A stretch of DNA of 64,000 bases. Source: Eledone cirrhosa. Lineage: Eukaryota. The stretch lies in the NCBI GenBank assembly GCA_964016885.1, contig OZ024740.1:36952001-37016000 (forward strand), read 5' to 3'. The position numbers and the translations under genes were made by a program. Within the stretch, counting starts at the first letter, position 1. Each line of letters starts with the position of its first letter. Below, piece after piece: positions 1 to 13,330 of the stretch. The notes beneath the pieces are model-generated. The model was not told where the DNA came from and searched no databases. It saw nothing but the letters and a program-made list of their open reading frames with translations.

Positions 1-2897
1 AGTGGGTCTGGGCTAGGTGTTTACACTCGGACACAATGTGAGCCACAGTCTCCTCTCTCTCTCCACAGATCCTGCACAGTGGGCTAGCCTCCTCCTTGTA
101 GATATGGTGCTTCAACCACTTCGTTTTGAGGGCCTGCTCCTGCGCAGCCATTAGCATTCCTTCTGTAGCCTTTTTGAGGTCTCCTCTTCTCAACCAGTTC
201 CATGTCTGTGGATCTCTAAATTCAGTTTTCTCAAAGAAGGTACTATGAAGGGATTTTCCCTTAAGGCTGCTCTTCCTCCTTGATGTTATTTCCTCCTTGG
301 ACATCCCCTGGCCTACTGTCCCCTCCTTCAGTACAGTTCTGAGCATTGGCTCCTTACTATAGGTCACGTATTTGTATAGGTTGTTTTTCTCCATCTGAAC
401 ACAGTCCTCTATGCTGATAAGACCTCTTCCACCCTCAGATCTCCTTAGGTAGAGTCTATCGACATCACTCCTCTTGTGGAACATGTTGTAGATAGTCAAT
501 AGCTTCCTAGTCTTCCTATCCATTTCTTTTTGTTCAGCAACATTCCATCTCAGAATTCCCGCACTGTACCTAATAATAGACACAGCTCGGGAATTTACTG
601 CGCTTATGGCATTTCTGCTGTTCAGATGTGACTTCAATACGCTCCTTACTCTTCGAATGTATTCAGTTCTTAACAATTCCTTCATTTTTTTGTTCTTTAT
701 GCCATCAGCCTCCAGAACGCCCAAATACTTGTATCCTTCCTCAGAGTCAATTTCCTTTATCATCTCACCTGTTGGTATCTGGATCCCGTTACTTCTGCTC
801 AACCTACCCCCTCTTCATCACAATGACTCCACATTTACCAATACCAAACTGCATACATATATCACTGCTGAAAATACGGACAGTGTCAACAAGCACATCC
901 AACTCCTTCTCACTTTTCCCGAAGAGCTTAAGATCATCCATGAAGAGGAGGTGATTGATGGTAAGCTCTCCCCTTCCCAACTTGTATCCTGCTCTCACTT
1001 TTCGCAGCATAATGGTCAAGGGCATCAGGGCAAGGACAAACAACAGAGGGGACAGGCTATCTCCCTGGAAGATACCTCTCTTGATCTTCACGCTTCCCAA
1101 GGATACTCCAGTTGATGTCAACTCTGTCTCCCAGGACCCCATACTCCTGCCCAGCAACTGTCTGATGTTATCTGCCACCCTGAAGACCTCCAGGCTTTTG
1201 GTGATCCAGGAATGAGGCACCATGTCAAATGCCTTTCTGTAGTCTATCCATCCCATGGCAAGATCAGTGTGTCTCCTCCTGCAATTCCCCATTACCATCT
1301 TATCAATAAGCAACTGGTCCTTTGTAGCACGTGACTTCTTTCGACATCCTTTCTGTTCGTCCGGTAACAAGTTGTTTGTGTGGAGGTGATGGTAGATTTC
1401 CTCAGACACAATGCTCGTCAACAGTTTCCACATTACGGGCAGACATGTGATAGGTCTATAGTTGGTAACATCATTACCCTTGATTCGGTCTTTCATTATC
1501 AGAACTGTGGTACCTTTTGTCAACCACTCTGGCACCTCACCCGACACCAAGCAGTCATTGAACATGGCCGTCAGCTTCGGGTGGAGGGATGTTAAATGTT
1601 TAATCCAATACCCCTGCACACCATCTGGGCCTGGTGATTTCCAGTTGGTTAGTTTTTTGGCTTGCCCCTTAAGAGTTTCAACTGTGATACTCAAATCAGT
1701 CTGTTGTTGTGCCTTCTCACCGATCTCCCTCTGTACTGTCTCAATCCACCCTGCCTGGGCATTGTGTCTAACATCCTGCTCCCATATTCCTCTCCAGAAT
1801 GTTTTAGCTTGTTCCGCCCCAGGGATCAAGTCGTTGCCTCTTTCTTTCCCCTCAAGCTGTCCAAACAGCATCTTCTGGTTGTTGTCGAACATGCGGTTCT
1901 GTTTATACTGACTGACTCTGTTCTCGTATCGCCTGATTTTGGCACTCTTTGCTACAATGCGTTGCTTCAATTCCTCTATGATAATATTTAGCTTTTTACT
2001 CCTAGTTTTGTATTTTATTTCCAGTCTATTTTTAGTGCCTATGTTTTTTAGTGTCCCATTCAGTAGTGACTCAAGCTTTCCTATGTCATTTCTCATTTCC
2101 CCGATTTGCCCACTCAGTCGCTTCTTCCACCACGGCTCTGCTCTTTCTTGTCTGTTGTTTCCTCTCGCTTTTATACCAAGTAGTTTCCTCACCGTATTTG
2201 CTGTTGCTTTGAGGATATTGTTGCACTGGTGGAGACTCCTCGCCTCAAGGTATGGGATGACTTTGTTTACCCTAGTTGTTGTTTCTTTTAACTTTTTCCT
2301 GTCTACAAATCTTAGGTTCATAGGTCTCCCACTATCATTGTTCAATTCATCTACCACTAGATTTAGGATGTCAACCGAATCTTGTCCTAGCCCGTCAGCA
2401 TTCATCTCCTCAGTGGCCGTATCTCTGTTCCAGGTATTATTTATCTCAGTATTCAGATCATTGTCTGCTTCGGGTGGTTCCTCCGTTCTCAGGACCTCCT
2501 CACCTTCATTTCCCACCGGCTCGCCTGTCTGGCATACTACACCCGCCATCTCCAAGCCATTCTCTCTGCTCAGTCCCTCCAGTTCCAGCTCGCTTATCCA
2601 CCCATTAGTTCTTATTACCCGAGCCTGCCCGGCCAATTTTTGTTCATCTAATTTAAATAAACCAATCTCGTTCCAGATGTTATGCATCCGTCTCCTGTAG
2701 CCCCTCTCCTTGGGGTTACTTTTCAGGTAGCATTGCATAACAGTTCTATTCAATTCTTTCGTCCAGTTGGTTCTGGCCCCTTTCCTTCTTCTTCTTCCTC
2801 CAACATCAGCAGTATTTGGTTGACAGTCAGGTTCCTGCTGCTGAGCCAGGGGGCACCTGTTGGGTGAGAGTCTGTCACATGACGTTCTAGTCTCCAT
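1..2897 (-). pseudogene. Single ORF of R4/Dong copy A (Myb-like domain, RT, thumb, start of CCHC), frameshifted at ~807-811
   Basis: The 697-aa ORF stops at 804 because the + strand C-run is 5 nt (aacctaccccctctt) versus 4 nt in copy B (aacttacccctcct). The shifted frame continues as ...GYKYLGVLEAD...GILRWNVAEQKEMDRK...CRICGEREETVAHIVSEC to the window edge. Confidence 0.9.
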
Positions 2898-3155
2898 TTC
2901 ACCGTTATTCGAACTGTTTATGTTCGATATTTAAACACTCTTATCGAGGATTGGCGAATGTATGTTTACATAGCCATCTGTGGATCCGCCATCCCACTTG
3001 GCCCTTGTGTGGCATTATCACCACGCTGTATACGAACACACATAAACAAACAAACACACGGGCAGAAAAGGCCCCAAAAATGAATAAGCATAAGTTTCAT
3101 TGTAATGTAGTATTCGAATGTCTGACTTAGTTTTTGTTTTTTAAGTGTTACTTTT
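1..3155 (-). mobile_element. R4/Dong-clade (REL-endonuclease) non-LTR retrotransposon, copy A; 3' end runs off the window start
   Basis: Contains ORF 2897..804 with RT motifs NYRPITCL, EQKG, WIDYRKAFDMVPH, GIFQGDSLSPLLF and HLLFMDDLKLF. It is collinear and near-identical to copy B (9472-13197), including ~255 bp of 5' UTR up to ~3155. The 5' UTR may extend to 3990. Confidence 0.93.
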
Positions 3156-3990
3156 CCCCCCCCCTCTTCTCTGTCCGTCCGCCTGCTTCTCTCTTCATTC
3201 TTATTTTCTTTACGTTTTTGGGGTTTCTTTTTTTGTTTTTGTTTTTGTTTTTCTCTGTTTGTTTTTCTCGTTTTTTGCTGTTGTTGCTGTGCTGCTTTGG
3301 TTTTGTTGTTTGTTTTTTCTTTTTTCTTTTGAGTCTATCTATATATTTTGATGCCTTCCTCTTTGTTAGTAGTAGGGATTCTATAATGTGGGAGTAGTAG
3401 CAGCCAGCAGGGAGAAGTGGGAGAGGGCGGCGTTGGCGATACTGAGACAGTGGTGGTGGTGATGTCGATACCGAGGCAGTGGTGGCGGTGATGCGACCGT
3501 ATTACTGTAGTGATGGTGCTGTAGCGGTGGCAGCAGCAGTGAAGGAGTCAAGGGGTGGTGGCGGCGGTGATGGGATAGTGGTGGTAATGATGGCCGTAGT
3601 GAGCGGTGGCGGTGAAGGTGAAAATGCTGTTGTGTTTAGTGTACACAGATGATGGGGTGGGTGGTGCATCTAGTTTCTGGTGTTGGTGAGTTTAGCTGTC
3701 CTATATAGTGTAGCCAGAGGAGAGGAGGGGGGGGGGGTTCTTCTTCTTCCATTTATAGCCATTTTTTTTTTTTTTTTTGGATATACAGTGTACAATACAA
3801 AGTTGAATATTTGAATATTTGAGCCTTATAACAATATATTTTGGGTCCGAACTTTTTGGGGCTCAAACCGGGTGCTCTACGTAGCATTTGTACCAAGAGT
3901 TGCCACTTCACAAATGATCTAAATATGTTAAAAATCCAAAACCTACGGGAGCGATTTCATGACCTCCGTCACCTCGTGCGTCTTCTTCCC

Positions 3991-4078
<88 letters not shown>
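3991..4078. repeat. (TAT)n/(ATA)n microsatellite, ~29 units
   Basis: Perfect trinucleotide run seen directly; it abuts the 5' end of the Tx1-like element. Confidence 0.99.
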
Positions 4079-4325
4079 GGTCTGATCGGATGTCTTTTCG
4101 CTGGCTCCTGTAAGTCTCTTTATTTACCTGTCATGAATTATTTATTGACGTGTAAGGGATATAAGCCCTTGGACTTTGCCCTGTGAAGGGGAAAGTATAA
4201 TATTTGGGCCTTCTGGCCCAAATATCTGTCGTGTGACAACGTCATAAAAGTTGAGAGGAGGGTTACGGCGAACACAGAAATTGATACAACAAACACCACC
4301 ACAAACAACGTGAACAAAGACAGCA

Positions 4326-5705
4326 ATGACAACACCACTGAGAACACTAGTTTTGAAAAAAGTGACCACACCAACCACAACAGTAACAGCGACAACCAAA
4401 ATACAGACAAGAGAAAAAATAACAATAAATGCAACAACAATATTAACACGACTAACATGAAAACAAATAGTGACAGCACCAACAGCAACAATACAAATTG
4501 CACCGAGAACAACAACAACGGCGGCACAAAAGACACAACCAGCTGCAACAGTGATAACAACAACAACACCAACAAGACGATTTGTAGCAGTAGCAACAGC
4601 AACAGCACCAACAACAACAAGACCAGTAGCAGCAGTAGCGGCGGTAACAATGAGGCCACTGAAAAAGGGACCATTTCGCAAAGGTGGCTCGCAACGTAGA
4701 AACAGTCCTGGTCACAGAGGAGGAGATAGCGGTCGCAAGACACATGGTAACCAGAACTGGATTTTCAGTGGCCTTGAAACCACCAACCGACTTCCTTGAG
4801 GAACAAGAGCCACGCACACTGTCATACCGCACGATTGCCACGAAATCGCGTCGTGCGGAGAGAGCCTTAGAGCCCCAAATCCAGAAGGCCTTGGGAAATG
4901 TGTGGTCACGGAAAACCCACATCCCCCAGGCAAAAAATATGCTACCGTGGACGTCCTTTTCGCTACCACCCAGGAAGCAAAATCGCACTCACTGAGAACC
5001 CTACGAAATGATAACATATCATTAGTCCCGTTTTACTGCGGGGGAAAAAATTGCAAAGGTTAGGGTAATCCAGGTTCCGCTCTTCGTACCCGTGCCTTGG
5101 CTTGTCGTGTCTGTTCTTGCGACCAGGACTGTATCAGCGCTATTCCCGACGTAATAGACCTCGGGAATGGCTCCCAACTTCCAATATCTGTGGAAGAAAG
5201 GTGCCCAAAGTGCTTCAACTGTGGATCGAAGTCTCACCTCAGGGCCTTCTGCCCATAGAAAATAACAAAGGCGAAGGTCCCCCTCCTTCCAACGCCGGAA
5301 TCGCTACCATCAGAAACAGAGAAGTCAGCAAAAAAGTCGGGAGCTTCTACAGAGAGTAGGAGGACAACGTTTGTAGCACCCACACCAAAGCCACGGACAA
5401 CAAAAACAGCGGCGGCAACTGCAGCAGCAGAAACAGTTGCACTAGCTGCACCTGTGCCAATAATGGCATACCAGGCTCCACCACCACCACCAACAACAAC
5501 AACAAAGACAAATGAGAGGGTAGAACTCATACTCCTCCCCGACCTCTCACGGACATAGAGTATGAGGCAACTGAGGAGTGAAAAACGGTTGTCAACAAAA
5601 ATAAAAACGCAAAAACACCACAGCTTCTCCCTCCAAAAACAAAGGCAAAGAAAGAGGGGTGAAGGCTCAAGGAGACTTGCAGCAACACCACCACCATCAC
5701 CATCA
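4326..5705 (+). pseudogene. ORF1 (gag-like nucleic-acid chaperone) remnant of the Tx1-like element
   Basis: Thr-rich (ACA)n low-complexity start and a middle domain (MARNVETVLV...; IAKVRVIQVPLFVP). A canonical CX2CX4HX4C knuckle CFNCGSKSHLRAFC lies at 5211-5252, followed by a Thr/Pro/Lys-rich tail. Several stops and frameshifts; boundaries approximate. Confidence 0.7.
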
Positions 5706-7821
5706 CTAAACATAGATGTGGCCATCAGCGAGACCAAAATCTCCGAAGCACGAGCCTTCGCACCGATCTTTTCGGAAAGGGTTGGATCTCGCCATACGGG
5801 CCATCTGGACCCAGAAGGTAAGTTGGTGGTGCTGGACGTGACCGGCAGCGAAGGCAATGCTTTTAGGCAGGCTAGTAGCCGTCTACGCCCCAACAGGGGC
5901 AGGACGGCCAGATTTCTTCAGACATCTAGAGACCTTTCTTGGAACGTCCCGCTCTTTAGTGTTAGTGGGCGACTGGAACGGTATCTTAGAAGCACGCTGG
6001 GATTATGTGAGGATAGTAGACAAGGGAGGAGGGTGTAAAAGCACCTTCAATCTGCTCAGACGTTTTCAAATGTCTGACAGGTATCGACTGGATTATCCGA
6101 ATGTGCCAATGTAGACATGGGCAAACCGCATCGGGTCATCCAGATCGTATTTAGATAGGGTATTCTGTAGGGAAACAGATAAGGCTAGCGTAGGTTGTCC
6201 ACGGTTTAAAGTAGTCGACTATACGGACCACAAATTTGTGATCTGTGAAGTTGACTTAGATAGACTCCATAGGCAAGGATCCGGTTACTGAAAGCTGAAC
6301 GCTTCGTTCCCGGCGCACAAAGCTTGCAGAGACCTGATTAGCGAAATAGGAAAGCGTGAGTTAGCGGGTGCCTATTGGCCCTCGAGCCGTTACTGCGCAA
6401 ATTGGAGACGATGAGGGGGTCTCACGCGAACTGGTATGCGGGAGATCCGTATCGGTTTATGCCGACGACGTCACCGTGGTGGTGTCGAGCACCAAGCACG
6501 TCCAGATGCTCGGCACCGCTTTCAAGGAATACGAAGCGGTGACAGGAGCAAAGATAAACCAGGAAAGGTCGGTAGGCATGCAACTCGGTACCTGGAGAGG
6601 AAAGTCCATGCCGTCGTGGGGCGCTGGACAGAAGGACAGGTTAAATTACTCGGCGTCTGGTTTGGTTCGGACCTCCAGATGGAGAAAAACTGGAGCGAGG
6701 TGACGGGCAGAGTGGCCTCCCTCACCCGGAAATGGGCTGAGAAGAGGCTGCCTCGGAAAGGTCGGGCGGAGGTGGCGAATACGTACATCGCGTTCATCAT
6801 CTGCTACCGCCTGACCGTCATAACTTGCCGCCGCCCAGCTCTGAACAAAATGGAGCGCCTTCTCTTCTGCTTTTTGTGGAAGGTACGTGCTCCCATGGTC
6901 AGACGATCCATCTGCTGTCAGCACGCGTTGCGTGGAGGACTTGGCATGCAGTGGCTGATGATGCGCAAACATGCGCTGAGGCTGCAACATATCTGGTGCT
7001 TCCTTGACGGTGAACAGGTGTGTTCGCCGTTTGCCAGACGCGCTTTTCCCCAGCTCGTCTCATTGACGGAGCTACAATCCAATCCTGGATCAGAAAAAGA
7101 CCGAGGGATAGCGCTTGGAAGCTGGAATGTCTCCAAGCGCTCACCGCACTCTACCAGCTGGGCACTAGTATCGGTGGAACATCCACCTCGGCGTTCTTTA
7201 GAGGGCTAGTGGAGAGGAAGAGCGACGACGTTCTCGGGGAGACCCTGGGCGTCGAAGACGATCAGCTGTTCGCTCTCTTCAAGAGAACTTTCAGACCGGG
7301 GCCTATGGACAACTTCCAGAAATCCCTGGCCTGGCAGTGCTACCGGGGTGCGTTGCCGGTTCGAGATAAGCTCTAAAGGCACGGGGGTGTTGTCAGCCGA
7401 GCCTGTCCGAGATAGGCGCTGGGCGACGAAACCGTCCTGCAAGCACTCGTTCAGTGCCCGAGGATTGCTGACTTGTGGAGCTATGTCGTACAGTTGCTGA
7501 CGCGTGTAGGACGAATCCGGTTATCGACTGAGTCCATTTTGCAGATAGCCCTAACATCCTCCTTTAAAGTGGAGGAAGGGCAGGCAGTTTTCATCTGTCT
7601 GGTGGCCATGGCGAAAGAGATTGTGTGGTGGACAAGGCTGAAAGGGTTGAAGACGGACAATTTCCTCTCCGACCAATCCCTGATTAATGTTTTCAAGTTT
7701 CACTTGAAGAGGAAAATCAGATGGAGAGGCAAGTGTTGTATTCTAGTAAGTTTGTTGAAAGGTGGGTGAAACTGGCGAGTCTGGTCCGAGTTAACGGGCC
7801 CGCTCTGAGTATGCGGCTGTA
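5703..7821 (+). pseudogene. ORF2 remnant (APE endonuclease + partial RT + C-terminal Zn-finger) of the Tx1-like element
   Basis: APE motifs: DVAISETK, LVAVYAP, VLVGDWNG, TW...SYLDRVF, YTDHKFV, GSGY*KLN. RT pieces: LALEPLL, SVYADDVTV, GAKINQERS, VKLLGVWF, RGGLGM. Degenerate CPR...ETVLQALVQC near 7405-7460. Broken by stops, frameshifts and deletions. Confidence 0.87.
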
Positions 7822-8098
7822 GACTGAGGAGTGAGAAAACTGAGAGAGTGTGCTTGCCCTGGAGGTCAGGGTGGCCGTGGTCTTTTGTGTGGTTTTCGCC
7901 GCGAGTGACCCTCGGAGGTTTCCCCCGAGGGGATTTTTTTGTTGTTTGAATGTTTTTTTTTTTAAATTTGTTTTTACACATCTCTATCTTGTTATAACCT
8001 GTTTACACGGCCAAAACCCACTTTGTATCGTCCTGTACCGTTCTGTGCCGTCTGTAATGTTTTTCGTCATGTTAGCTCTTGTGGCCAATAAAGAAACC

Positions 8099-8125
8099 AT
8101 TATTATTATTATTATTATTATTATT
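8099..8125. repeat. (ATT)9 microsatellite between the Tx1 3' end and R4 fragment C
   Basis: Seen directly. Confidence 0.97.
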
Positions 8126-9411
8126 TGCATTTATCTTGCTTCATGTTCATACCAGTTATCGCTAAGTCACAACCAGTGACCTCAAGAGACAACAAGGTCC
8201 GCCATGTTTAAGAAAGAACACACATACACACGCATGCATCTTTAGGTGTTTAGACTTGTGATGTACATATATTGACAGAATCTTCCTTAGTATATGGGCA
8301 GTTCCCATTAGTACTATCTTTTGTATTTCTTCGATACGCGGGTTTCCTGGGATTTGCGATAAGTAATCATTAGACCCCTTAGTTATCATTCCTAGAGCGC
8401 CTACAACCACTGGTTTTGTTTTAGTTCTCAATTTCCACATTTTTCCAATTTCTATCTCCAGGTCCTTATACTTGATCAATTTTTCAAATGTTTTTATAGA
8501 TACATTCTTGTCTATTGGAATGGACATATCAATTAGCAGGCATACCCTCTTTTTAAAGTCCTTCAATATTATATCAGGTCTATTTGCATCTATTTTTCGG
8601 TCTATTTGGATGCTAAAGTTCCACAAGATTGAGATGTGATCTTTTTCAAGTACGGGAGGTGGTTGATGCTCCCACCAATTCTTTTGATGGGGCAGGTCAA
8701 AATGCTTACACATTATCCAATGTATGTATTGTGCAGCTCTGTCATGCCTGTTTAGGTATTCGGTTGGAGCTATAGGACTGCACATTGAAATTATATGGTC
8801 AATGGTCTCTGGTTGTTTTTTACATACGGCATAATGGGTTGCAGCCATTGTTTATTATGTTGGCTTGGTAATTTTTTGTTGGCAGACACTGATTTTGTTC
8901 TGATATAATTAGTCCTTCAGTCTCCGATTTCAGTCCAGAGGATGCCAACCACTGATGGGTTAAAGTTTTGTCAACATCAGGATTGTTAGCTCGTTCTGGG
9001 TATTTTCCATACAGAGGTTTTTCTTGCCATTTCTTAGCCAGTTTCTGTAGCAGTTCTTTCTTTGCAGTTACTTTTACCTGCTTTGCTTTTTCTGTGTTTT
9101 TCATTTCAGCAGTAAATGGAACTTCTGAAATGTGTAGCCCATTACTGTATCTTTGTGTATCTTTTGTAATGGGGTATGATCTTTCGAAGCTTTCGTGTTT
9201 CAAAACGAGTTTGATCATCCAATCATGTGATTCCCTTAGATAAGTAGATAATCCAATTGTTGCAGTTTTCAACGCAATATCTAACTGGATTAACCCACAT
9301 CCTCCTTCTTTCCTAGGGAGATATATTCTATCTGTATCTGCCTTAGGGTGATGCATTCTGTGCATGGTTAAGGATTTTCTAATTTTTGTATCGAGCCTAC
9401 GGATCTCTGCA
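8126..9411 (-). mobile_element. 5'-truncated R4/Dong-clade fragment C (a different family from A/B): post-RT region, CCHC and REL endonuclease
   Basis: ORF pieces 9411..8820 (MHHPKADTDRIYLPRKEGGCGL, GLKSETEG) and 8848..8162 (C..CKKQPETIDHIISMC, RHD, RPDIILKD...LLIDMSIP...K..KY, VVVGALG). Frameshift at ~8825 inside the CxxC motif. Confidence 0.9.
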
Positions 9412-9430
9412 CTTGTGGCCAATAAAGAAA

Positions 9431-9432
<2 letters not shown>

Positions 9433-9465
<33 letters not shown>

Positions 9466-9471
9466 GTTATT
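9433..9471. repeat. (ATT)n microsatellite at the 3' end of R4/Dong copy B
   Basis: Seen directly; one GTT interruption. Confidence 0.97.

Positions 9472-13330
<3,859 letters not shown>

Larger units (their letters stand above)
4079..8098 (+). mobile_element. L1/Tx1-clade (APE-endonuclease) non-LTR retrotransposon, degenerate and internally deleted
   Basis: Order of parts: ORF1 remnant with CCHC knuckle, APE motifs, RT motif YADD, C-terminal Cys motif, 3' UTR with AATAAA (8087-8092). (ATT)n tracts lie on both sides. The element is GC-richer than its flanks. Confidence 0.88.

Noticed and set aside
606-2867. Plus-strand ORFs (169, 149, 253 aa etc.) and their counterparts at 9622-12909
   Set aside because: They are antisense shadows of the retrotransposon ORF with no recognisable domains; they recur only because the element is duplicated.
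804-2897. Bacterial RT system (group II intron, retron, DGR) or telomerase next to a repeat array
   Set aside because: The motifs (QGDSLSP, FMDD, CCHC + REL) and context are those of eukaryotic R4/Dong LINEs. No similarity was seen between the 46-bp monomer and the RT elements, so there is no evidence that these RTs template the array.
2898-3990. HDV-like or hammerhead ribozyme at the element 5' end
   Set aside because: I could not build the nested double pseudoknot or find a CUGAUGA/GAAA core by eye; this needs a descriptor search, so it is not called.
3841-4799. Poly-Tyr/poly-Ile, Leu/Val-rich and Asn-rich ORFs (also 13060-13621)
   Set aside because: They are translations of (TAT)n, (TGT)n or (ACA)n low-complexity DNA.
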